A stretch of DNA of 64,000 nt, taken from the NCBI RefSeq assembly GCF_009834535.1, contig NC_045696.1, positions 80,602,001 through 80,666,000 on the forward strand, written 5' to 3'. The translations under genes and the position numbers were made by a program. The DNA is from Camelus ferus. Its lineage: Eukaryota. Shown one piece after another: positions 38,620 to 52,749 of the stretch; position 1 is the stretch's first letter, and every line of letters begins with the position of its first letter. The notes under the pieces were generated by a model, which was given only the letters and a program-made list of their open reading frames with translations, did not search any database and had not been told where the DNA came from.

Positions 38620-39560
38620 CATAAAATCACAGGGTTGATAGAGACCTCAAGGTTTTCAGCCTGCTCTCCTTCCCTAAGCAGAATCTTTTCTCCCATGTCA
38701 ATGACAGCTAAGCACCCAGGCCCAGCCTGAATACCAGCAGGAAAAGGGAAAATGCTTCTTGCCAAGACAGCCTTTTATCAACAACTCTAGGTCTAAACCA
38801 AGTCTTCTGAAACCCACCTCCTTGCAACTTTTCCCCATGGGTCCTGTTTCTGCCCTCTGGAGGCAGATAAAATAAAAACAGTCACCTTCCACATGACTTC
38901 CTTCCAACGACTTGACCATATCTGTGAAACCTGTTCTCTTTTCCTGGATGGACATCTCTGATTTGATGAACTCTTCATCTCATTACACGGCTTCCAGATC
39001 TTTCTCCATGCTTTTCTTCCACTGCCTCTGGGGGCCTACTTGTTCAACAGCTCTGAGAGCTGGGTATTCAGATTCTGTTCCTAATATTTCAGGCATAATC
39101 AGAACACAACCATGGAGTGGTACCCTTTCCTGCTTTAATTTGGACAAAATGCTTATATCATTACAGTTTAATATTGTGCTAATTTTCTTAACAGGCTCCT
39201 CATCCTATTAACTCATGCTACTTCCATGAAAAGTTGTCAAGCTGGGTATCCATCAGGAATACAACTGATTTTATTTAATGGATTTTTAATTAATGCTGAC
39301 TATTTAATTTTGTTAAATTTTATTTCTAAGTTTCATTCTCACATTCCAGCCTACCTAGTACTTTCTTGACATTGAGTTTGTTATCAAGCAACCTCTCCCA
39401 GCTTTGTGACATTGATGAGTATGACAAGCATGACTTATCCAAGTCACTGATAAAGCACAAGACAAAGCCAAGAACTACCACTAGTAATTTTTCTCCAATT
39501 AGAGGTAAATTTGAGGCAAAGTTATTTCAAAAGCTATGAATCTGTCTGTCACACTGACTT
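38620..39560 (-). mobile_element. CR1/L3-like remnants (fragmented)
   Basis: TTCTGCCCTCTGGAG..., CTCCCAGCTTTGTGACA...ATCCAAGTCACTGATAAA resemble degraded L3/CR1. Confidence 0.35.
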
Positions 39561-40487
39561 ACTCTGAACCACACACCATTGGGGAGCAAGTTGGGTCTGA
39601 CTTCCTTCATGGTCTTTGTTATCTCTCTTGCCCACTCTCCTACCTGACTTAGTCCTGTGGTCATTTTCTCTTCCTAAGAGGTCAAGACTGCTGTGTGATA
39701 CCTGGGCCTCTTCACACCAGGTGTGCTAAATATTATCTTCCTCAAACACATTCGAAACTTGCCCTCAATAGAAATAAGTGTAGATATAGATATACATATA
39801 GATACAGATACAGATATAGATATATGTGTCCTTCAGGGGAAATGAAGCAAAGAAATGTTTTTAGGTCAGGCTAAGTGCCTCAGACACAAACCATTTTAGT
39901 CAAGAAAAGATTCTGAGATTTGACCAGAAAACAATGAATTGGAAAAAAGTGAACTTACTGCAGAGCCAACTGGGCCCATTCTGCTTGTAAATAGTTGGAT
40001 ATCATATTGAAATTCTTTCTCCTCTTTTGTGTAGTTACCACAATATTTCCTTTAGATCTTGGAAGCATACCCATTGATATTTCACCCATCATCTGTGTGT
40101 CCCAGACCTCAACGTAACCCAGGGAATTAAATTTTGATCACATCAACATTAATATATACTCTTTCTCTAACTCTGGCAGCAACCATTACTGTAGGACGTC
40201 TTACTACCCTTGTACTTTTCCTGGTCCTTTCTAGAAGTTTCCTGTGAGTTTATGAGCATGTTTTTTCAGCTTGCTTCAGTAACTTACTAACCCTAACTTA
40301 CTAACCCAACCGGGGCAGCTAAAATGGCACTTCCCACTGTACTGAGCCTTCTACTGTTGGTAGAACCATGGAGAGCCCAACTTGGTTACCCCGTAAGGCC
40401 AGACAAACTCACTTCTCTCTCTCTCTTACAAACTCTGTTACATTGATCACCAAATAGAGGGTCCTTAGCTTCTAATATCTCATGGTC

Positions 40488-43400
40488 TTTTTTTTTTTTT
40501 TTCCAGTTTTTCTTCTCTTTTTTTCTTCCATTTTTATTGAGATACAATTGACATACAACACTGCATAAGTTTAAGGTATATAGCATAATTATTTGATTTA
40601 CATACATCAAGAAATGATTATCATGGTAAGTTTAGTGGACATCCATCATCTCATACAGGTACAAAATTAAAGAAACAGAAAAAATTTTTTCTTGTGATGA
40701 GAACTCTTAGGATTCGCTCTTACAACTTTCATACATAAAATAGAGCAGTGTTAATTACACTTATCATGTTGTACATTACATCCCTAGTATTTATTTGCCT
40801 TACGACTGAAAGTTTGTACCTTTTGATCACCTTCATCCAATTTCCCCTGCCCTCATCTCCTACCCCTGCCTCTGGTAACCACAAATCTGATCTCTTTTTC
40901 TATGAGTTAGTTAGTTAGTTAATTTGTTTGTTTTTGAAATATAACTGACCTGCAACACTATGTTAGTTCCTGTTACACAACATAGTGATGTGATATTTCT
41001 ATACATTTCAAACTGATCACCATGATAAATTTAGGTAACAAGTCACCATAAAAAGATTTACATAGTTACTGACTATATTCCCCATGCTGTACATTTCATA
41101 CCTGAGACTCATTTATTCTGCAGCTGGAAGTTTGTATCTCTTCATCTCCCTCACCTATTTCTTTCCTTCCCCTACACCCCTCTCCTCTGGCAAGCACCTG
41201 TTTGTTCTCTGCATCTGTAACTCTGTTTCGTTATGTCTTTTCTTTGTTTTGTCTTTTTTAGATTCCACATATAAGTGAAATCTTTCCATATTTGTTTTTT
41301 ACTGTCTGACATTTCACTGAGCATAGTGCCCTCAAGTTCCAGCTATATTGTCAGAAATGGTAGGATTTCCTTACCTCTCATGACAATAATATTCCATCTC
41401 ATATATGTATATACTACATCTTCTTTATCAGTTCATCTGTAGACAGACAATTACGCTGCTTCCATTTCTTAGCTGTTGTGAATAATGCTGCAGTGAATAT
41501 GGGAGTGCAAATATCTCTTTGAGATTCTGATTTCATTTTTTTAAGGTATATACCCAAAAATGAGATTGCTGGATCATATAGTTGTTCTATTTTTAACTTT
41601 TATTTTCTATTTTTAACTTTTATGGAGGAACCTCCATACTATCTTCCATAGTGGCTTCACCAATTTACATTCCCACCAACAGGACGTGAGGATAACCTTT
41701 TCTCCACATACTCATCAACCCTTGTTATCTGTTGTCTTTCTCATAATTGCCATTCTAACAAATGTGAAGTGATATTTCATGTGATTTTGATTTGTATTTC
41801 CCTGATTAGTAATGCTGAGCACCTTTTCATGTATCTATTGGCCATATGTATGTTTTCTTTGGAAAAAATGTCTATTTCCTTTTGCCCACTTTATAACAAG
41901 ATTGGGTTTTTTGCTATTGAGTTGTTTGAGTTCTTCATATATTTTGGATCTTAACCCCTTATCAGATATATGGTTTGCAAGTATTTTCTTCCCTGCCATA
42001 GGTCGCTTTTCATTTTGTTGATCGTTTCTTCTGTTGTGCAGAAGGTTTTTAGTGTGATGTTCTCTCACTTATTAATGTTGCTTTTGGTGCTTTTGCTTTT
42101 GGTGTCATATCCAAAAAGCTGTTGCCAAGACCAATATCCAGGAGTCCCCCCCCATGTTTTCTTCTAGAAGTTTTATGATTTCAGATCTTATGTTTAAGTC
42201 TTCAATTCATTTAGAGTTAATTTTTCTGAGTGATGTAAGATAAGGGTCCAATTTTATTTTTCTGTGATTATCCAGTTTTCCTAACACCAATTATTGAAGA
42301 GACTATAGTTTCCCCATTGGGTATACTTGGCTGCTTTGTCAAATATTAGTTAACCATATATGTAAGTGTTTACTTCTGGGCTCTGAATCCTGTTCCCTTG
42401 GTCTATATATCTATACTCATGCCAATACCATCCTGTTTCGATTACTATACTTTGAAATTAGGAAGTATGATGCTTTCAGCTTTGTTCTTCTTTCTCAAGA
42501 TTGCTTTGGCTAGTCAAGGTCTTTCATGGTTTTATATGAATTTTAAGACTTTTTTTCTATTCTCGTGAAAAACATCAGTAGAATTTTAATAAGGATTGTC
42601 TTGAATCTGTAGATTACTATGGTTAGTGTGGATATTTTAACAATATTAATTCTTCTCATCCATGAACAGGGGATATCTTTCTATTTATTGCTTTCTTGTT
42701 CAATTTCTTTCAACAAAAGCTATATTATCATTTTCAGTGTGCAGACCTTTTACCTCCTTGATTAAATTTATTCTTTGGCATTTTATTGTTTTTGATGCTG
42801 TTTATTGTGAATGGGAATGTTTCCTTTATTTATTTTTTTCAGATGTTTTGTTGCTGTTGTGTAGAAACACAATGGATTTCTGTATATTGACTTTGTACCT
42901 GCAATTTTATTGGATTTGTTTATTAGTTCTATCAGTTTTTTGGTGGCTGTTAGGATTTTCTCTATATAAGAGCTTATCATTTGCTAACAGAGACAATTTT
43001 CTTCTTCCTTTCTAAACTGGAGGTCTTTTATTTCTTTTTCTTGTCTAATTGCTCTGGCTAAGACTTCCTGCACATGTTGAATAGGAGTGGTGAGAGTGAG
43101 CACATTTGTCTTGTTCCTGATCTTAGAAGAAAAGGTCTCAACTTTTCAACATTGAGTATGATGTTAGCTTTGGGCTTGTCATATATGGCCTTTACTATGT
43201 TGAGATACATTCCTTCTATACCCAATTTTGGGAACATTTTTATCATAAAAGATGTTGAATTTTGTCACATGCTTTTTCTGTACCTATTGGTATGATCATA
43301 TGATTTTATCTTTCAGTCTATGACTGTGGTGCATCACACTTATTGATTATGTTGAACCATACTTGCATTCCAGGGATAAATCCCACTTGATCATGGTGTA

Positions 43401-44055
43401 TGATCCTTTTAATGTGCTCTTGAATTCAGTTTCCTAATATTTAATTGAGAATTTTTGTGTCTATATTTATCAAGGACATTTGCCTATAGTTTTCTCTTCT
43501 TGAGTATCTTTACTTGTCTTTCATATCAGGGTACTGCTGGCCTCGCAAAATGAGTTCCCTCCTATTTAATTTTTTGGAAGAGTTTGAGACAGACTGGCAT
43601 TAATTCTCCCTTAAATATTTGGTAAAATTCACCAGGAAAATCATATGGTCCTGGGCTTTTTGTTGTTGTTGGGAGATTTTGATTATTGATTCAATTATAC
43701 TTTACTCTTTATTGGCCTGTTCAGATTATCTATTTTTTCATGATTCAACTTTAGTAAGTTGTATGTTTCTAGGAATTTATTCATTTTTCGTTATCCAATT
43801 TGTTGGTGTATAACTGTTCATAGTAGTCTCTTCTGAGTCTTTGTATTTCTATAGTATCAGTTGTAGTGTCTCCTCCTTTATTTCTGATTTTATTTATTTG
43901 AATCTTCTTTTTAGTCTAGCTGAAGGTTTGTTAATTTTTTTTTCCAAAAAACCAGCTCTTACTTTTATTGACTTTTTCTATTATTTTTCTGTTCTGATAT
44001 TTATTTCTTTTCTTCTGTTAACTTTGGGCTTAGTTTGTTCTCCATTTTCTAAGAT
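40488..44055 (-). mobile_element. 5'-truncated, degraded L1 (about 3.5 kb)
   Basis: Poly-T tail at 40488 and L1 3' UTR. Minus-strand ORF2 pieces include [51 protein letters not shown] (43058-43246) and KILANHISDKGLRSKIYEELKQLNSKK (41835-42068). Confidence 0.95.
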
Positions 44056-46242
44056 CTGATTTTCTTTTATAAATGATTTCTCTGCCTGGTTGATGAGCCC
44101 TGTACAGTAAGGACTAGATTAGAAGAAGGAAGGCCCATTAGAGTGGGTCAGGAGAGAGATGACAGTGGTCCAAACTAGGGTGGTGCCAGTAAAGATGACA
44201 AAAACCCACTTATTTGTTATTGAAAGTGAGAAAAAGTTTGGAGTAGAAAAAATATTTTTCAATTTTTACTTTCTGCTCTTCTGCATCCTTAGAACACAGA
44301 TATAAAGGTCACCAGCAGGAAGAACCCAAGTCATAGCCATGGCATGCTCATAGTTACTACTCCCCTCTCAGTCCCCTCTACAGACTGAGGCAGTGTTACC
44401 AAACTGACTCCTGGCACGACTCCTGGCACAACTCCCTTCACTGAGCATGAGATCTTTTCCAGAGTCCCAAGGGTCTGCCCACCAACCCACCAGAGATGCT
44501 CAGACACAACCCCAACTTTAGACTCATGTCTATATTCCAGACAAATATCCCTGGAATGAGCAAATTAGTTGCCCTAGGAGTTACCACTTATGCTCCATCC
44601 TCAGTTGAAGGTATAGTATTAAGTAAAATCTGGTACTGTTAACCTTACCTAATAGAAAGAGCCTGGTGAATGGTCCAGGCTCTGGACTATTGCTTAGACA
44701 TGCTGTATAATCTCAGGAAAACAATTTTACCTCTCTGGGTTTCAGGCTTCTTATCTGACGTATCTATAGAGTAAGATGACATCTAAGGCCATTTTACCTC
44801 TAACTTTCTGGGATTCTATGGATGAATTAACTAGTATAATGTATTTGATAGATCAAACACAATCCTACTTTGTCCATAAAGATAACACAGTATCTGCTAG
44901 TTTAGGACTCACAACCATAACATTAACCTGATATATTTTGGTTGAATGAGCTTATGTGGCGCCTGGTGATTCATTCTTATTTCCTCTCACTACCCACATG
45001 CAAACTATTCAATAGTTGTAGAGCTGTAGAAGGGAATGTTGCACTGTTTGGTAAGATAGACTAGGAGACATCTTTAAATTTCACGACATTACGATGATGA
45101 AGAAAGTTTATCAGAAAAGAAATGTTATCATACATCTTATATCAGAATTATATATGGCATTGACAGGGTCAGGCCTATGAGGAGATAGCTAAGTATTCAG
45201 TTAATTTGATCTCCCCTTGATTTGTAACATCCCTAATCAATCTAACTGTGAATCAGGCCACCTTGAGTTATCAGTCATAGGATCATGCCATGAAAGTTTA
45301 AATAAGAGACAGGTCAAAATAAAATTATTACTGGAACATGATACTCAATGTGGTTTTTTATAAAGTATTAGTTTGTGAATGAATTATTATTGATGTGTAT
45401 AACACAAATAGAGGCTGATATTTAATGGACACATTTATGTTCTGCCTATAATAAGTAATTTATTGAAATAAATACTTGTAAGTTCATTTTCTTCTCTTTC
45501 AGTGCCCCTTACATGAAAAATCCCTAACAGCTTTCTCTTATTCCAGCAGTTTGATTCAAGCAAAAATATATCTTTCTTGATGAAGCAATAGGCTTCCTTT
45601 ATTTGACAATGAGAATAAGGTAATTTATTGAGATTCTTTTTTGCCTTGGCTGCCAAGAAAGTCAGAGATAAATTTTATTCCAAATTATAACAATTATCCT
45701 TAGCCTAGGATTTCTGGTAAGACCATTCTTCGTCCCTTTATATTGTATAACTCATACTCATTTTTTCTTTATTTTAATGGACCTATTTTATCTCTGGTTT
45801 ATTATATGCTATTCTAGCATTATGAGAGGGAGATATATTACTTAGGACTATTTTGGCTTCAAGTGACAAGAAACCAATTCAAACTAGAGGGAGGGAAAAA
45901 TAATTAGGGTTAGAATGAAACCGTTTAGGCCAAGTCCTGTTTAAAATTCCTGAACTGTAATAACACTTAGACAAATAAAACCAACTGTAATCATCTTTAA
46001 AATTCCATAGTCTTTATGTGATGGATCAAAGAATACATTGTTTATGTTTATGCTTATGTGTATGTTAATGTTCTTTCACTTACTTTTGATGTGTTAACTA
46101 AATATTTACCGTTCAGCTGTATTTTAATTATTCTAAGGAAGACAGTATAAATTTAAACAACCCTCTCCTTAAGGAATCTGTAATCTAAGTGAGATTATCA
46201 CACATTGAGAAATAAATGTATAGTTTGATTATGTACTGTATT

Positions 46243-46650
46243 TGATTAATCAGCGTTTTCCAGAGAAACAGAACCAATAGGATGGATATATGTATCTATT
46301 TATACATTGAGAGAGACAGAGAGAAGTTGATTTTAAGAAATTGGTTCATGTGCTTACGGGGGTGCAGACTGAAGATCCAGGGAAGAGCTGATGTTGCAGA
46401 TTGAGTCTGAAAGCAGTCTGAAGGCAGACTCTCCCTTCCTTGGGGGAGGGCACCCTCTTTTCTCTTAACGCCTTCAATTGTTTGGATGAGGCCCACTCAC
46501 ATTATGGAAAGTAATCCATTTTGCTCAAAGTCTACTGATTTAAATGTGAACTCATCTAAAAAATACCTTCACAACAACATCTAGACTGTTGTTTGAGCAA
46601 ATATCTGGCTTCTGTGGAGTAGCCAGGTTGACAAATAAAATTAATCATAA
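46243..46650 (-). mobile_element. MLT2-type (ERVL) solo LTR
   Basis: TTTTCCAGAGAAACAGAACCAATAGGA...GGATGAGGCCCACTCACATTATGGA...AAATACCTTCACAACAACATCTAGACT...GTTGACAAATAAAATTAATCAT. Confidence 0.85.
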
Positions 46651-48712
46651 ATATACATTCAAGAACAACTAGACTAAAAGCATAATTGATATCTTACAGG
46701 TCTTAGTTTATTCCAAAATGTCTAGCATTGCCTTGCAAATAATAGATGCTCAGTAAACATTTGTTGAATTACTAAGTTAGAATTGTATTAACTCTATTAT
46801 TTTACCCTACCTTTCTGTCTTTGTTTTAAAATATATATGGCATTTGAAATCAGAGTTTGCACATTTAGGAAAGTAAATAAAAATTTAGCAATCCAGATAT
46901 TTCTGAAAGTAGGACAGTTTAGATCTGTTTCATTTTATGGCATGATTCATAAAATGAGGGTAATGCCCATCGAAAGATTATGACTTTTATTAGCACAAGA
47001 TAGCATTCTAAGTCTTCATGCAAACAAAAGGATGTTGTATGCATTTGTCAATATTTTAAGTACTGTTATCTTTAATTTTAAGCAGTGCTGACTTTGTTGA
47101 TGATGATGATGCTGTACACATGTGGAAACACCAAGATATGAACAATTGTCTCTTCCACATGAGGTGCATATAAAGACTGCAAATAGAATGGCAGCTGTGT
47201 GGAAATTTGGTACCTTTAAATCTTTCTCAACTCACATTCTTCCCAAGGCCCTAGCTTTAAGAAAGTCATCTTGAAGGTGATTACTCAGTCAACACTTGTT
47301 GTGCTTACCTCTCAGCACATCAGAGCTAAAGCATGTTGTCAATAAGAGTACTTCAGCAATTACTTATCAGCAATAATAAATGATAATGTTTATAGTTCTT
47401 TCACAGCTTACCATGTGCTTTCATTTACATTTCCTTGTTTAATCCTTGAAATGAAAGTGTTATCGTCATTGCCCCTATTTTATAGATGAGGAAACTAATT
47501 TGAACTCAGGCAAGAATGATAGTCAAAATATTTAGCACTGGGTATGACTTTGAAACCAACCAATCAGAACAAACATCAGCCTTCACACCATGTAAGTATG
47601 TTCCGGATGAATATCAACCTGCATCTAGGTATTATCACTCTAAATGGTATTGTGTCTCCTACACTCCATGGACCTCTCTTTTCCTCTAAAACAATAATCT
47701 GAGAGCACAGAGGCTCTTTACAAGTCCCTCTGGAGCTTACATGGCAGGAGCTCCAAATCAGACCAGACTCAGAGTTCTGGTGAAGAAAATTGTCCCAAGG
47801 TCTTTTCCTCAGCACTTCTCTCCTTCTATATAAATTTTGGCTCCACAGTGCCAAATCAGTCAAGAGAGTGGTGAAAGTCAATTAATCTATTGTTTGCCTC
47901 TTCTGTTACACCTAACGTTATGATCATTTTCTTATTTTTACTAGAATTATTGAGTTGACAGGTTACTTTGAACTCTAATATACATAGCTTTACAGGGGAA
48001 GTTGAGAAAAATGGGTTAAGTATCATCAAGACAATTAGGTGTCGACTGAACAACAGTCAAATCAAGGGAATATTGTGAAGTCAACATGTATTAATTATGC
48101 TCTCCTCGTTCTGCACACACTTCCCAGGCATCCACCAACTTCTACTACCAAACAATGAGGCACCCGTTGTAGCCCTAATCTAAGTTTACCTGCTCTAGAG
48201 CCATTTCTTCAGGATCCCTTAAGGGACTAACCTTCATTAATTCACACATTCAATCATTTTACTCTACCATCACTCTTTACAACTTAACAACGTGCCAGGT
48301 CCAGATGTGTTATAAAATCAAATAAGACACAATTCTTATCCTCTAGGAGCCTGGTGGGAAAGATAGCAAAAGTAAATGAATGACCACATGCAGTGACACA
48401 TGTTATGCCAGAGGTTAGAGGTCATGCTCTGAAAAAAAAAGATGACATGGATAGGCATGCCCTAAAGATCAATTCTTTTCCCAAGAAAATCTATAATATA
48501 TGTCTTTAAAGCCTTGGCCCAAGGCGAGAGATTTTCAGCATAGCAGAAATTATGAACATAGAGGGTATTTCAAGGGCATAAAGGTCTTTGTGTGTTATTC
48601 AAATAATTCCATTTACATAGGTTTTGACTCCTCCCTTTATAGCACTAATTGTAATGAGCACTTTCCACTTTTTTTCCTCTTAGTATTAAAATTCACACAG
48701 AGATAAGTGACA

Positions 48713-49163
48713 TGTGTGGTGACCATGAAAAATAAGCCTCTCAGATCTCCTGCCGTAAAGAGCATAGTTGACTGACAACTCCAGCTGCCATGCCCCTGGA
48801 TCCACCACCACATTCTTTGAGGACACATTTCCTCCAGACTGCTCACAGAGAGTGACTGAACATGGCAGGGTTAGGAAGGCAGGCTCATTCCTTCAGGACA
48901 GGGGGCCCTATAATGGGTAGCTTTGGCTCAGAGACTCCTCATTGGGCTGGCCAAAACTTTGTTAGAACTGAGTTATAGTCTGAGTCTCCTCTTACCTACC
49001 TAGTCCTCCTTCCTTCCTCCTCTCCTTTCACAGGTATCAGATTTGCACTGCACCCTGAGGCTTTCCTGCTCCATCCCCCTTCATCTCTTGGACTTTCCCC
49101 CAGTAAATCTCTTGCAGTCTAATCCCATGCTCACATCTGCCTCTCAGAGGATCCGACTTAACA
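48713..49163 (+). mobile_element. LTR16-type (ERVL) solo LTR
   Basis: TGTGTGGTGACCATGAAAAATAAGCCTCTCAGATCTCCTGC...CAGTAAATCTCTTGCAGTCTAATCCC...CTCAGAGGATCCGACTTAACA, with TG...CA ends. Confidence 0.75.
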
Positions 49164-49329
49164 TGGAAAATTAAGAACTTCATTAGCTACTATCACTGGA
49201 ATTTTTGGAAATAAACTAGTTGTTCTCCACATATTTTGGTTTTACTATGAGAAAGTAAGAATCAAGCCAATTGAACACATTAGTTTGAAGAGGCTAGCAA
49301 TTGTATTTCATTTCTTGCTAATGCTAGAA

Positions 49330-49720
49330 TGTTGGATATTTCCCTCCAAATCCAGTCTCTCTCTTGCTCTGTGCCTCTGAAGGCCAACCTCCTTCAGTGG
49401 GCTCTGTCAACAGGAGCCCTTTCTTGCCCTCCAGCTTCTGGTTGAGTTTCACCATATGAAGTACAACTGGTTGTAGGATGACAGGAAAATTGTGTGGTTG
49501 AGTATTTAGTCTTCAGGCTCCCTCCAAGTCAAGCCACAGACTAGCATTAGCTGTGTTTTTCTACCAAAGGCCACAGCTCCTGTCAGGACGCCCAAGGTGG
49601 TAACAGATTCTCAAGTGTTGCATCACGCCCTGTTGCTTTCCCTTAAACCTGCCCATATTCTGTAAATAGTCCCTTCATTAAACTCCCTTCAGTTTCCTGC
49701 TTGTTTTCTACTAGAACTCT
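49330..49720 (+). mobile_element. LTR33-type (ERVL) LTR remnant
   Basis: CTTGCCCTCCAGCTTCTGGTTGAGTTT...CCCTTAAACCTGCCCATATTCTGTAAATAGTCCCTTCATTAAACTC. Confidence 0.6.
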
Positions 49721-50169
49721 AGGTGATAATCTAATAATTCCCTGGTTTTTCCTGGAATATAGAGCAGGTATGACTGTTTTTACTAGTTCTTTCCTCTGCT
49801 TATTTACTAGATTACATTTTCTGTTTGGTATGCTATCTCATCTTTGTTTGCTAGGTTTATATCTATTCTTAGGAAATAGAATGTCAATGGTAGTATCATG
49901 TTGAAAAGATAAATATTTTTTAACTGTTGTTGGGGTGTAAAATGATGTGGATTATAATTTTAACATTATAAATTTTCTTCACATTTGATCTTTTTCCACA
50001 TAAAATCTATGGAGATATTTTTGCTTATGGTTTATGTACTTTTCTCTGTGTTATATTTCAACAAAAAGTTCTTTAAAAGTCTTCGTGATGCATCCTAAAT
50101 TCTTTGCAGAAGTAATGAAACAAAGAAGCTTTTCTTTCTTTCTTCCTTTTTTTTTTTTTTTGGCTTTAT

Positions 50170-50525
50170 TCAATGGTTGGTTGGTTGGTTGATTTATTTA
50201 TTTATTTTTATTGAAGTATAGTCAGTTTACAATGTTGTGCCAGTTTCTGGTGTACAGCACATTGCTTCAGTCATACATGAATATACATATATTAATTTTC
50301 ACATTCTTTTTCACTGTAAGCTACTATAAGATATCGAATATAGTTTCCTGTGCTACACAGTATAAACTTGTTTACCTATTTTATATATACCAGTCAGTAT
50401 CTGCAAATCTCAAACTCCCAATTTATCTCTTCCTACCCTCTTCCCCCTTGGTAACCATAAGTTTGTTTTCTGTGTCTGAGAGTCTGTTTCTGTTTTATAT
50501 ATAAGTTCATTTGTCTTTTTTTTTT
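50170..50525 (-). mobile_element. Lineage-specific L1 3' UTR fragment
   Basis: TTTTATTGAAGTATAGTCAGTTTACAATGTTGTG...CCTTGGTAACCATAAGTTTGTTTTC, the reverse complement of a 3' UTR similar to the one at 60.8-61.1 kb. Confidence 0.85.
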
Positions 50526-51289
50526 AACCTGTTCTGATTAAATCACTATCTAACATTCATTTAAGACTATGTTTCACTGTAAGTATTGCTTTAGTTGTAT
50601 ATAACAAGTTTTGATATGGAGCAATTTCACTGAAATTTAGATCTAATTATTTTCCAATTTCCATTATTAGTTCTTAATTAATATAAATTATTAATAAATA
50701 TATTTTTAAATTTTCAAATATAACAATGTTCTATTAATGATTTTTGATTTTTTGTGAGCCAGTATTTGATCAATTTGTTTCTAATAGTGCAAATACAAGA
50801 AATATGTATGTCTAATTATTAGGTTCCAAATATGTATTAGACCAAAAGCATTAAAAATGTTTTTTAAACTTTGATACTTTTTGTTTATTTTCTTTTGTTT
50901 CTATCAGAAGATCTAATTACTGAAAGATACATCAACATATACATTTAACTCACTAACGAGTAAAGCCACTTTATTCTTTATTGTTGGTTTTTGTATTTTA
51001 TCCAGAATTTATCAGTGTTTGTGGTGGATCTTCACTATTAGCTTTGTCTACTGCCTTTCTGGAAGTGAAAATCTCTGCAACTAATATAATATGCTTTTAT
51101 TATTCCCATTTCACAGATGAGGAAACAGAAGCATGGAAAATTTAAGGACTTTTCCTCAGATCATATACCTAGCAAATGGCATTTCCAGAATTTAAATCTA
51201 GTGGCCTTTAGCCATGGGCTTGATTGACAATAATGATATTGATGAGTAACTATGCCCATTCTCTAATGATATAACTTAGCATCAAAGTA

Positions 51290-51860
51290 CCCAAGTGTGG
51301 TGGAGGGAATGAGAGAGTGTTGGCTTTATTCTTTACCCACTTCCTTTCCTGGCTGCGAAATGTCTATAGCAGTTCTAGACCTTTAGCTTCACAACACACT
51401 GTCCAGGAGAAGACAGAATCTTTTCTAGCAGGCCTTGAGAGAAAGCAAGGAAGTATCTCTTTCCCCAAATCCCTGGTAAATGCACCCTAGTACCTCCTTG
51501 GCTCTGATTAGGTTATCTGTCAATCCTTAGGCCAATCATGGTGGCCTAAGCAAAGGGGTATAGTGATTGATGTAAGGGTTTTTTGGGGGGGGGAGGTAAT
51601 AAGGTTTATTTATTTATTTATTTATTTAATGGAGGTACTGGGGATTGAACCCAGGACCTTGTGCATGTTAGGCATCACTCTACCACTGAGCTATACCCTC
51701 CTACTATGGTGATTGCTTTAAACTAATCTGGGCCAACCTGTAGCGCTAAGAGTGGAGTCAATCTCACTAAAACCAGGCGAGGAGGCTTCTCAAAGGAAAT
51801 GTGGTGAAATATTCCCAGAAGCAGAGGAATAGGTATTCGGTAGCAACGGACATTAAGTAA
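51290..51860. mobile_element. MLT1-type (ERVL-MaLR) LTR remnant interrupted by a SINE
   Basis: CCTCCTTGGCTCTGATTAGGTTATCTGTCAATCCTTAGGCCAATCATGGTGGCC...GTGATTG, a motif typical of old MLT1. Confidence 0.45.
51578..51701 (-). mobile_element. tRNA-derived SINE (camelid Vic-1-like)
   Basis: Minus strand GAGGGTATAGCTCAGTGGTAGAG (A box)...CCTGGGTTCAATCCCCAG (B box)...TACCTCCATTAAATAAATAAAT...TTACCTCCCCCCCCCAAAAAAA. Confidence 0.88.
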
Positions 51861-52749
51861 GCAGAGAGGATGGGGAGGGTGTTCCAGAAACAGATAAGCA
51901 AAGGAAAAGTGTGAAGTGAGCATGATGGAGAGTTAAGAAAGGCATGCAGTAGATCTCTTATTGTTGTAACACAGGAAAGTTTTCCACATAGAGAGCCAAG
52001 CTACCAATTTTTTCTGATTCTTTTTTTCTCCCTCTAAAGAGAACATATTTTGCTCTTAGAACAAAGAATGTGCTTCAGAGCCACAGTCTCTGGGATCACA
52101 ATCATTCCTCATCCTCAATTTGCTGCAGTCAGACTCTTCTCTCAGCACTCCACGGAAATGGTCTTTGATTCCCACTCAAGGCCTCCCAGAGATCGAGAGA
52201 GGGTCAAGCACCAGAGCCTCAGCCAAGGGGGAGCAGGATCACCCCCGTAAAAATATTCTCCCCAAGTGGCATCTTTAGATGAAAGTTCTTGAAAGAAGCA
52301 GTATGAAAGAGGAGCAGGTGAGTTCATCATGTTTACAACAGTGCTTAGGTCATGAGCCAAATGGCAAAAAGAGAAGCGGGATGGGGGACCTTTTAATGCA
52401 GTGGTTTCTCCACCAACTAATGGTGCAGCTCTATTCTCTAGATCAGGCTTGTCTTTAGACTTGTACCATCTGATGCTGGAACCTAGGTAACTGTGGGCGT
52501 GTTTTCATCTGCTGAGGATCAGGGTATGCCAAAAATTAAGGAATCACAAAACAGGTTACAAAAATTGTGGGATATTTTATATATTTACGTTTAACAGATA
52601 AATGCTTTTCATACTCACAAATGTGCCTGTGTTAAGGGATAAGAAACTCCTGCCTTTTCTGTGTCCATCCACAACCCTGGTTGCAAAGCTCTCCTGCCCT
52701 GACCTTTGTATCTAGTGCTACATGCTCCAGTTTTCTCCTCATCTTGGGC

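Noticed and set aside
40530..41260. Two similar blocks in the 3' part of the minus-strand L1, suggesting another nested insertion
   Set aside because: No TSD was found. A composite or repeated 3' UTR in the subfamily consensus is the simpler explanation.
51630..51701. tRNA gene
   Set aside because: The A/B boxes are followed by an AT-rich tail and oligo(A), with a related copy at 61.9 kb. It is a SINE head.
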